Source: Nageia nagi (taxonomy: Eukaryota; Plantae; Pinophyta). From it: a stretch of 64,000 nt of DNA. Location: NCBI GenBank assembly GCA_050084985.1, contig JBITNC010000001.1, forward strand, positions 171,988,001 to 172,052,000, read 5' to 3'. Numbering within the stretch: the stretch's first letter is position 1; the number at the start of each line of letters is the position of its first letter. Under the pieces are notes generated by a model. That model had not been told where the DNA came from and did no database searches. It was given only the letters and a program-made list of their open reading frames with translations. This document shows positions 40,701 to 52,700 of this stretch, in pieces. A program made the translations under genes and the position numbers.

Positions 40701-43700
40701 ACTGGTTGGTTGTGGGTGCAATTGGATCAATGATGAGTTCATGGTCTTCATCATTCTTCAAAGCCTTACTACAAAGTTCAGTAACTTTATCACGGTTATG
40801 GAAACAAGGCTTGATGATGAAGAAGATGTCATCTCACTTGATAACCTTTCTAGACTCCTTCTGAAGCATGAGGAAACTTTGAACAAGAAAATGTTGAACC
40901 TTTCTCCAAAGGAAAATAGCATTGCTCTAGGAGCAACCAAAACTCCTTTCAAGAAAAAGTTCAAACATTATAAATTCAAAGATAACAAGTCCTCATCTAC
41001 CTTCAGGAAGTATGACAAAAAGGGCAACAATAATGGCAACTTCAGGCAAAGGAATGACAAAGCTGGATCAAGCAATCCAACACCTCAGGAAAAGTTTGAT
41101 GGAAATTGTAACTTTTGTGGCATCTTTGGGCACAAAGAGTATGATTGTCGCAAAAAGAAATTTGCTCAAAAAGGCAAGGGAAATGCAAATGTGAGAAATT
41201 TCAATAATAGAAAGAAGAACAAGCATACTGCTACTGTTGCCTACTACTCAATGATTCAAACTATTTCAAATGATTGGATTGTTGATTCAGGATGCACTAA
41301 TCACATGTGTTATGAAAAGGATAAGTTTGAAAACTTTCATAAGTACAAGAAGGATGCAGTTGTGATAGGTGATAATACAGTCCTTGATGTTCAAGGAATA
41401 GGGAGTGTGAAGATTCATGGAAAGACTCTTGATAATGTCTTTTACGTGCCCAAACTAAGGATGAATCTTATCTCCGTAATTCAGATTACAAGAAAAGGAT
41501 ACTCATTTGAGTTTACCTCACACTCCTGGTGTGTTAAGAAAGGACTTGCCACCTTCATGAAAGGATCAGTAAAGGATGACCTTTATATTGTGGATCAAGT
41601 TCCTTCAAAAATGTGTCTTGCTACCAATGTTTGTTCAAAGGGTAATCTTTGGCATCAACGATTAGGGCACCTTAACCACAAGAGTATTCAAGCTATGAAA
41701 ACTCAAGAACTTGTGGAAGGTTTACCTAATATTTCACCCACAATTGGTCTTTGTGAAAGGTGCATTCTAGGAAAGATGAATAGGCAAAAGTTTGAAAAAG
41801 ATAAGGCAACTCAGGCTACTCGTCCTCTTCAGCTTGTGCATTCAGATTTGATGGGTCCATTTCAGACTAAGACTCTAGGGGGAGCTTCTTATGTTCTGAC
41901 CTTCATTGATGACTTCAGTAGGATGACATTTGGTTATCTACTCGAGCACAAGGATCAAACTTTTGACAGGTTTAAAGACTTCAAAGCACTTGTTGAAAAT
42001 CAAACTGATTTTAAGATCAAGATGCTAAGATCTGATAATGGGGGTGAGTATAATAGCAATGAGTTTAACGATTATTGTGTTAAACATGGGATCAAGCGGC
42101 AATTCACAATCCCTTACACCCCTCAGCAAAATGGAGTTGCTGAAAGGAAGAATCGAACCATTATGGAAATGGCAAGGTGCATGTTGGGTAACCTTCCTAG
42201 TTTCTTATGGGGTGAAGCTGTTCACACTGCTATTCACACCCTAAATAGGTGTCCTACTAAGGCAGTTGAAGGTAAAACTCCGTATGAAGCATGGACAGGA
42301 AAGAAACCTAACCTCTCACACTTTAGGGTCTTCGGTTGTGATGCATTTGCCTTCATTACCTCAGAGAAAAGAAAGAAGTTGGATAAAAGATCAGAAAAAT
42401 GCATCTTTGTGGGGTATGATAATCAACATAGAGGTTACAGGCTCTACTCCTCATCCCATAAAACAGTCTTTGTTTCTAGGGATGTCAAGTTCAATGAACT
42501 TCCTGAGGATACGACTTCTCATGCTGAGGTGTCTGATTCAGATGATTCTTCGCCTACACCTAACTGGTTGGATGATCATGTAGGGAAGTCACCACAAGAG
42601 CAAAATTCTCCAGCTCAGAGAATTACAAGGAGTATGACCTTGAATAACTCTTTATTTGCCAAAATTGATAATACAAATGAGCCATCAACCTTCAAAGAAG
42701 CTTCCAAGCAAGAGTGTTGGATGGAAGCTATGAAAGTTGAGTATGAGGCGCTCATGAAAAATGAAACTTGGGATTTGGTTCCTTATCCCAATGAGAAAAA
42801 TGTGATTGGAAATAAATGGATATACAAGGTCAAGTACAATTCTAATGGAAAAATTGAAAAATACAAAGCAAGGTTAGTGGCCAAAGGATTCGCTCAAAAA
42901 TATGGTATTGATTATGAGGAAACCTTTGCTCCTGTGGCCAAGATGCCTACTGTCAGGATAATCTTTGCTCTTTCTGCAGCTCAAGGATGGAAAGCTTTTC
43001 AACTTGATGTCAAAAGTGCATTTCTCAATGGTGACTTAGATGTTGAAATCTACATGAATCAACCAGAAGGATTTATTCCAGAAGGTAAAGAGTCTCTTGT
43101 GTGTAAGCTAAAGAAGTCTTTGTATGGACTTAAGCAAGCACCTAGAGCATGGTACAAGAAAATTTCAGGATTCTTTGCAGATATTGGTTTTTCCAAGTGC
43201 TTCTCTGACTCAGATCTCTATGTACTCAATCAAGGAAAAGACGTGGTCTTAATTCTCCTTTATGTGGATGATCTTCTCATAACTGGCAATAATATTGAAA
43301 TCATCCAAGAGGGCATATCCAAACTGAAGGCAACATTTGAAATGACTGATCTAGGTCTATTGCATTACTATCTTGGGATGCAAGTATACCAACACAAAGA
43401 TTGTACTTATCTTAATCAATCTAAGTATATATCAGACATCTTGCAAAAGTTTGGAATGGAGGAGTGTAAATATGCTGCAATACCTGTTTCTCCTGGAATC
43501 GTTGTATCTCTGAGCTCAGATTCTCAGTTGGCTGATGCTACAGCTTATAGGCAATTGATTGGTAGTCTTCTGTATCTGACTATCTCTCGACCTGATATTG
43601 CCTTTGCAGTGAATCTGATGGCACGATTCATGCAAAAACCATATGTTGAACACCTCAATGCTGTTAAGCAAATCTTGAGGTATGTGGCAGGGACAAAGGA

Positions 43701-46700
43701 TCTTGCTCTTAAGTATTCTAAAGTGCCCTCGATTGTTCTCTCAGGGTTCTCAGATTCTGATTATGGGGAGATAGAGATGACAGAAAGTCAACCTCTGCAT
43801 ATGTGTTCAGCATTGGTTCAGGTGCTATCTCTTGGGCTTCCAAGAAGCAACCTACTGTGACTCTTTCTACCACCGAAGCCGAATATCGAGCCATGTCTGT
43901 TGCCGTCCAAGACGCTATTTGGCTGAGGCATCTTCTGAATGAAATTGGGTATGAGCAAAATGGCCCATCTCTTATCTCTTCAGACAATCAATCGGCTATC
44001 TCTTTGGCTAAGAATTCTGTATTCCATCAGAGAACCAAACATGTGGAAATCCAAACCCATTTTATCAGGGAGAAGGTTCTAGATGACATCATACACTTGA
44101 AGTATTGTCCATCTACTGAAAACTCCGCTGATTTATTCACCAAGCCCCTTCCTGAAGCTCAGTTCAGCAAGCTTAGGGATTCTCTCGGGTTGGTGAAGTT
44201 GCCCTCAAGGGGGAGTGAAGTTTAAACTTTTGTTAGTGATGACAACTTCACCTCTAAGAGGCCTTTTTGATTGTACATTCTATACCTCCGTGGTAAGTTT
44301 GCTCTGCGTGAGAAACTTGTTGTACAATTGTTGTTATAGAGTGTTGATTATGATATACCTCCGTGGTAAGTTTGCTCTGTGTGACAAACTTGTTGTACAT
44401 TCTATACCTCCGTGGTAAGTTTGCTCTGCGTGACAAACTTGTTGTACATTTTTATACCTCCGTGGTAAGTTTGCTCTGCGTGACAAACTTGTTGTACATT
44501 TTATACCTCCATGGTAAGTTTGCTCTGCGTGAGAAACTTGTTGTACAATTTTTTGAACATATAATTAATATACCTCCGTGGTAAGTTCGCTCTGCGTGAG
44601 GAACTTGTTGTACATTCTATACCTCCGTGGTGAGTTTGCTCTACGTGAGAAACTCGTTGTACAATTTTTATGCTCTATTAAAAATCAACACATGTCTATA
44701 TACAACAGGTGACTATGAGTGATGGCTTGGCATCTCCATGATGACTTATAGTGCACCATTGATCAGTTATTTATAAGATGGCATTATTTGATTCTCTTAT
44801 TTGAATATATGATGCATCTAACTGATTTTGTTCATGAGTTGCTTGTAGCATGCAGGATCTTCTTCAGAAATGCAGGTTACTCACCTTGTGTAAACAAGCT
44901 CATGGAGACTCACATGTCAGCTTAAAGTTGATCGACTACTATGTACAGTGAAACCAGTTGTGGTTAATGATTGTATTGTAAACCATTTTTGTCAAATGGT
45001 AATGTAGTGAGTCTCATACTAGTTCTCAAAAAGATTCTCAAATATGTAAATGTTCTCATCTCCACTTGTATCTCTATGGAGGATAACTCTCTCTTACTCT
45101 CTCTTCTCTCTTCTACGCTCTATCCCAATATTGCATTAAGGGGGAGTGTTAGAATTTGTAATGAAATATTGTGAATATCTAAACTCCTTGTAAATTCAAT
45201 TAATCACTTAAAGGGTATGTAGATACCATAAGGGATTAATTGAATTCTTTAATATGTAGACTTTGACTTTACCAAGTGGTTAGTTGGTAGGTTAAAGTTA
45301 GGTGATACATTTATTGTAACCCTAACCTTACCCTTGGGTTAAAGGGAGGTTAGGGAGGTGCTCTCAAGCTATAAATAGAGGGCCTCTCCTCTTGTAACAT
45401 AACTAAGTTTTTGGAGTAAGATTACTCTACTAGTTGTGTGGGAGAGGAAGAGAATAGTTGTAAGAGGGGCATACTTGAGAATTGAGATACTAGTTGTGGA
45501 TGTACTCCCAAGGAGGGAAGAACCACATTACACTTGTGTTATCTTGTGTGAATGGTGTTAACTTGTGTATGATTGAGTTTCCTAGTCTTGGTCCTTGAGG
45601 ATTTGTTTAGATCTAGTCTAAATCCTTCACTAACAAATGGCTCAACTCCCTCTAAGGGAGAACAATGATGGTAGTTTCATGAAATATAAGGAATTCAAAT
45701 ACCCCTACTAAGCGAAGATCAATCAAGGATTTTTGTTTGGAGACAAATTCTGGAATCTTGTGCCTAAATAACTAAACCAGAAGCATCCAAAGTAACACTG
45801 ATTACTAGAAGAATGGGTTAAGTATGAAATTCAATTGCAATTCATGCAATTGGAGCTTCAAGGGGTTTGACTTGTTGCTAGAATAAAAGTAAAGTTAGTT
45901 GGAAGTCTTTTCTCTGACAAGATTGGATGATTTCAAAGGTAACTCACTATATGTCAAACTCAAATTTTAATCTCATAAATGTATATGGCCCCCAAAACTA
46001 GAGTAGGGAGCTAAGGTATGGGTAGTTATAGGTGATTTCAAGACAATTAGGAACAAGACCAAAGCATGATAAAATTCTCTAACATTATAAAAGGTTTACA
46101 ACTATGGGATGCAAAATTTGAATCATGTGTTTTCACATCAAACAGTAATACAAGCGGGAATAGTTTGATAATAGAAAAACTGGAGAGGTTTCTGCTATCA
46201 AAAAAGGGGCTAAAATAGGGCATCAGTGTAATAGTAAACACTCTCCCTAGAACATGCTACAATCATTGGGGAATAAGCTTGAAGTTAAACATCTTTGAAA
46301 TCAAAAGGAATCCTTATTTCAAGTATGATAGAATGTGGGATCATAAAAAGGGATTTAAGAAATAGTAAAAGAAGCATATACGAGTGCTGACTACAGTGGA
46401 AGAAATGATTTAGATAGTCATTCATCACACAACAACAAATGGAATAAGCATCAGCTGGACAACATTTTTTATCACAAAAAGATTTTGAAAGATAATTCAA
46501 GAAACTGCAAAAAAATGAAAACAATAAGAATGAGGAACAGAAATAAAGGGGAAAAGAAGTAAAGGAGACTTTATCCAAATACCACAATATTTTAAACATG
46601 GAGGAAATCCATTGGAAACAGATATAAAGAAAAACATAGTTGAAAGGAGACACAAATACTTAGTTCTTTCACAAATGTTCTATGACAAACAGATCCTCCA

Positions 46701-49700
46701 ACAGGATGAATAAATTAAAGCATGAGGATGGTGCATGAATGGAGGACCAAAAAGTCATTATAGAGATGGCTTTCTCATTCTTCAAGGGCATTTTGGTTAC
46801 CAAAACTTACCTTCATTTAAACAAGTAGCAATTGAAATAATTCAACTAATTATAGCTCAAGAGAACAACAAAATGTTAATGACTCCTAACATTGGAGAGG
46901 TAAAGTCAGTAAACATTTTAATTGTCCGACAGGTTAATATCATTAATGAAAAAGATAAGGCCCAATGGTCCGATAGGTTAATATCATTAAGGATACTCTA
47001 TTAATGGTAATAGATGAAGCTATCTCACAAAAGTTCATCCTCAAGAAGCTTATCCAAATATATATTACTTTGAAGTTTACAAACTAGTAAGCCATAATAT
47101 AGAACATAAAAAAATTTCAAAGGTAATGGCAAAGAAATTGAAAATGTTCTCCCAAAAGTAATAAATGAGGAACAAGGGAGCTTCATGGAAGGTAGATAGA
47201 TATTAGATGGTATAATAGAGACATCATGAAGCTCTACACTTAGTAGTACATACAAATAAACAAGCCATGTTTCTTAAGTTTCGGTTTTTAGCAAGATGGA
47301 TAAAAGCTTCGATATCAACAATTTCATATTCAATTTGTATCAATGGTGTTCCTAAGTATACCTTCCAAGCAAAAAAGGGACTTACACAAGGGGACCCATA
47401 TACCCTTGTTTGGAAGATCCATTGCCAAAGCAAAAGGAAATGATTGGTGGGAGTCAATATGCTCAAGCAATAACTCATATCACAAATGGTTTATTGATGA
47501 CACTTTGCTTGTAGGAAAGAAATACTTTAGTGAGGAAAAAGTTATTAATAACATTCTTTCAAATTATGAGGATAGTTATGGGCAAAAAATAAATAGAGAT
47601 AAATCCATAGCTTTCCTCATTCACACCCAGGATAGAATTAGATCAAGGATATGTAGAGGGCTCACCATCTTGGAAGCTAATTTGTCATCAATAGATTTAG
47701 GGCTCCAATCATTCTCAGGCAAGAATTCAAAGGTGTTATGGAAAGATTTGTGGAAAGATTTTAAAATAGATTGGGAGAGTTGAAAAGGAAATAGCTTACA
47801 TTGGCAGTAAAAATTTAGTTGCTAAAACAACTTTACAAGCAAACACAATTTATTTCTTGGTTTTATTACAGCTCCCAAGATCAATCAAGAAGGATATTAT
47901 CATGAGAGCTTTTTTGGAGTGGAACAGAGAAGCATAAGTAGTGGGCCTTGGTAAGCTAAGAATAAATTTGCAAACCATTGGGTGCAAGAGGACTTGGATT
48001 GCAGTCATTATCAATAATAATTAATAAATAAAGCTTTGATAAGAAAGATTATTTGGAAAATTTATAAGAAAGATAATAGACAATAGTAAAAAATTATAGT
48101 ATTTAAATATAGTGAGGAAGGCTCATCTACTTTTTAAATAGATAGTTACCATCTGGGTCAACAATTACGAGAGGATTAGCAGCAACATTGACAGTATGTG
48201 TCAAGTGTTAAGATGGAAAACAGGAGATCAAGGTAAAGTCTCTTTTCAGAAAGATAGTTGGGCAGCTGATAGGCCTTTAGCAAAATTTCAGTTACTAGGA
48301 TCTTGAAGAAAAATTTGGAGTAACAGTTAACAACTATATTCAGCAAGGAAAAAGAGAAATCAAGGTTTTGAAGGATGAGATATTTATAGTATTGTAGACA
48401 GCCAAACTAGAAAAGAATTGGAAGATGAAATTCAAAATGTTTTCAATAGAATTCTTCGCAGGACATGATGATTTAGGACATGAACTACACTGAAAAGTAT
48501 ACAGTACAATCAACAAGATGATTCTTTCAAGAAAAGCATGAGAAATCCAGAATTTGCATGAAAGTTTGTGAAAGGGGAGGTGTGCCAAAAGTTGAGTTCT
48601 TTATGTGGTTACTACAGCATAAGAGAATTTTTACATCAAATCAACTTATGAGAAAAAGATTTTAAAGTCATAATTGGTGTATCCTGGGCAAGCAAGAGGA
48701 AGAATCAATTGATCACCTACTTGGGATATGCAAAACAAGTAGGGAAGTTTGGCAGTTGTTTATGAGGAACTTTGGGATATAGATAGCAATGAATGGAAAT
48801 TCAAAGCAAAAAGCTTGCAAAAGATCATGGAGATTTGACCTAAGATTATATATTCAATGATTTGGATGGAACAGAATCAAAGGATATTTAAAAGAAAAAA
48901 TAAATCAATGAGTTGGATGGCAAAAAAGATAGCAACTTGCATTCAGGAGTAAATGCATCAAGTGGAAACTTGATTCCAAAACAAGTAGAAAAGGTTTTGA
49001 ATAAACTTCAATTTATGCTCAACATGAAACAGGAAAGTGGAAATTAAATTGTGACATGGCTTCAAAAGGGAAGCCCAGAAATGTAGTGGCAAGAGGAATA
49101 ATCCGTAAGAGTCAAGGGCAAATTTTAGATCACTTTGCAATCAATATTGATGTCCAAACTAACAATGAGAGTGAGACATTAGCATTATGGGAATTCCAAA
49201 AATATGTATACAAATAGGAATTCTAAAGATTTGGCAGAAAGAGATTCTTTGTTAATTGTCCAATTTAATTTAAAAGGAATGGACGAGGATGGAAGATACA
49301 ACCAACACTAGAAAACATGCAAGACATTAGCCAAAAGTTTCAAGATTTTACAATAACTCATATCAATAGGTTTGGTTATGCTGCAATAGACAGGATGGCA
49401 AATTTAGGACCAACAATTAACTTAGTTAAAATACTTCAACCCATGATGCAAACTAGTGTAGAAATGACCAATTTAGAAAAATAAGGAGTTCTGACAAACT
49501 TTTGGATTTTAATCCAAAATTGGGAGATTGTTTCATGTTTTCTTACAAATAGTATTGAAATGTCTGAATCCTTTTCACTCTCCATTTGTGGAGATGTCAT
49601 TATGTCTCTCTTCGAGGCAGAGATGCATTATACTTTTCTATGCAGAGAAGGGTAGGGGGCTTGAGCACAATATTTTTTATTCGTGTATCATTCTGTGTGT

Positions 49701-52700
49701 GTATATGTTTAACTAGAAGTATTAATCAACATTTTATTTTTAACAAATAATAACAATCTACCAAGGCTCAAATCTTAGCGGCACCTTACAACAATGAAGT
49801 TGGTGCTTTGTGAACATGATGGATGACGCTAAGAAAAATTCCTCCATAAGAAAAAGATGCAAGGGAAGAAAAAGGTAGATGTTTGATAGTCATGGCAAGA
49901 GGAATTGGGGAGAAGTAATGGGAATAGAAAAGGCCAAAGCATTGTGGAAAACCGTAACATTCACAAGACTAGCTATGACTACTGCAAACCCAATTCCCAA
50001 ACAAGTATGGCCCATGCTCAGGGTGTCAAGTGTCCCTCCACTAATAGTTGAGATCAAAGAAGACTTGGTAAATCAAAGATCAAAGCATCTGAAATAGCGG
50101 GCCCTAACCTGCAAATTTAATGGATTATAGCCTGGTGCCTCAACTTTATAGGTGGATAAATATGAAATAGAGGTCATTCTCATAGATGAGTTTTTCTTTA
50201 CCACCTAAAGGTTTTTTTCTGGTTATTTTCACATTTGAGGAGGAAAGAAGTACAACTTTTCTGATTGGCCAATGGTTCATGGGTAGAGCTGAACTTTATC
50301 TTTCACTTTCAGATCAGGGTCTCTCTAGAGGATGTATAACTCTCAACAGTTCTGATTTGGGGCAAGTTGTATGGCCTACCAAAAGTGCTATGGCAAGAGG
50401 ATACATTCAACAAAATCAGGAACGAAATTAGGGAAATTGCTACAAGTTTCAAAGACAACTCAAACAAGATCTCTTGCCATCTATGTTAGGATTTGTGTGA
50501 TGATGGATTTGAATTCACCATTTCATAAATATGTTTTTTTTAAATATGCAACACAAACTTGGAAACAAATCCTTGATTATGAGAATATCTCCTTCAAATG
50601 CAGAAAATATCACAATGTTGGACACCAAGAGAGAAATTGCCTAGATAAGAGACTGACAAAGACATATCATGAGAATAAACAAAGAAATGTGCGGTAAGAT
50701 TCTAAGGAAGATGAAGAATTCATTGAGTCAAAGAAGCTTGCCCAAGCATCAAAGGTTCAAATGACAACCTAAAGACAGGTCAATATCATGGGGAGCGCTG
50801 GTAATGATTAGTTTGGGATGTTACCCACTCAAAAGCTCAGAATGCTCTTCCTTAACATCATGCTTAGGAAGAGCCAACGATTGAAAGAAGCTCAAAACAA
50901 GCAAAAGATTTTCATTCTTCTTTAGAAAGTGAAGAATTGAATTTTGTCCCATCAACTTTTTCAATGGATGGGAAACACAAAGTGAAGTTGGTAAATTATT
51001 TCAAGACAAATTCACATAATTATTGAAAATTTGTCTTCTTCAAGACAATGGGCATTGAAGACCAGAAGCAAACAAAAAGCTCAAGAGATTCCAAAATGGA
51101 TCAATGACAATCTTGGTCAACAATAGAATCCAAAATAATTCTCAAAAATAGAACCATGAGAATAGATCCTAACAGCGAAAAAAACAAAAGAGGAAACAAG
51201 TGCTAGATTGATGAAGGGACTCAAGCACGGGGTAAAGCCGGGACACTAACGCCCCAACCAAGCAAAGATGCTTGAAGGAACTCTTCTTCAAAGTATACCC
51301 AAATCTACTACAATGCTCATGGATCAAAGATAGCAGATGAAGAAATTAAGAACTTTGTTGGCTTGAAAAATTGTGCTTGGGATTGCAATGGATGTGGAAA
51401 GAGCTTCAAGCGGCTTGATCACATATTGGAACCTATCTAAGGTACAATGCTCCCTCATTTTAAGGATAGATATTGGATTGTCGCTAAAATTGATTCTTAT
51501 CCTTCAAATTTGTCTTTCTTTTAAACCATGGAAACCAAAAGGCACTATTATTACAAACTATGATCCCAATCACAAAATCATGATTATAGGAGATTTAAAT
51601 ACAGTAAAAAATCCCTCTGCGAAAGATGGTGGTCAGTAGATGCTAACAGAAGGCATCATTTATTTTGATAATTTCATTCAAAAGCACAGCCTATGAGATG
51701 TGGAACTTGAAGCTGACAGTTTCGCTTGGACAAATAACAACATGGGTCAGGCTCTTATTAATGTCAGACAATTGGTTTGATTCATGTTGGTGGCAAGGGT
51801 AAACACCCTCACAAAATAAACTTATATCACTGGCCTATTAAAAGTGACTTTGAAATTGGAGGAATTCAAAAGGCGTCCCTATTTCAAATATGAACAAAAG
51901 TTGAAGACAAACCCACAACACCCTGAGATTATTGAGCAATCTTGGGGTGTGAATTTAAGATTGCACAAGTTGGCACAACAGAATGAAAACACAACAAAAT
52001 TTGAAGGAATGGAATAAAAGCACCCTTCAGAAACATCATTGATAGAAATGAAGAAATAAAGGAGCTCCTAAAGCAAATTCCAGCACAAAATATACGTCAT
52101 CCTTTTGAGATATCAAAATCCACAGAAAAAGAATTACTATGCGAATACCATATCATCTTGGAATGTGAACAAAAACATTAGAGATAGAAGTCAGGACAAA
52201 TCTGGTTCAAAGAACAGTAGTGGAACAATCATTGCCCATAGGTCAATTTATAAAATCAATCGAATAAAGGGGCCAAATGGTCTTTGGCTTAAGGATCAGG
52301 ATCTAATATGACAAGAAGCAAAATCTTTCTTCCAAGGAACACCAGAACACGAACATCATGAAGCCTTCAACCAGAATCTATTGAATGAAACGCCTTCCCT
52401 CATTATTGATGAAGAAAATCAAACCCTCATGGCTCTAGTCATGCTTTAGGAACTCAATGCAGCATTGTTCTCTTTTGAAAAAGACAAATCTCCAGGACTT
52501 GACAAACTAACTGCAGCATTTTATTAGAATAATTGGGAACTTGTTAACGATTCTTTATTAATAGCAGTCGATGATTCAAGACCACAATAGTTCATTCCAA
52601 AAAACATAGCTTTACTTTGCTGGCTTTAGTGCTAAAAAAGAAAGGAGTTTGGCATTTCAATGCTTATAGACCAATCAAACTCTGTAATATGATATATAAG

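Larger units (their letters stand above)
37058..45629 (+). mobile_element. Full-length young Ty1/copia LTR retrotransposon (8572 bp)
   Basis: TG...CA LTRs, 5-bp TSD CTAAC (37053-37057 and 45630-45634), PBS, PPT, Gag-PR-INT-RT-RH domain order. Confidence 0.98.
36030..49500 (+). mobile_element. Decayed L1 with RNase H, split by the copia insertion (ORF1 36030-37057; ORF2 about 45665-49450)
   Basis: ORF1 GPWFM and knuckle [15 protein letters not shown] before the copia; after it [33 protein letters not shown] and RNase H motifs (GIIR, QTNNESE, DSLL, ITHINR, DRMAN). Confidence 0.85.

Noticed and set aside
44281-44663. CRISPR-like appearance of the repeat array
   Set aside because: Spacers are mostly 3-4 nt and not unique 30-40-mers, there are no cas genes, and the context is a eukaryotic retrotransposon.
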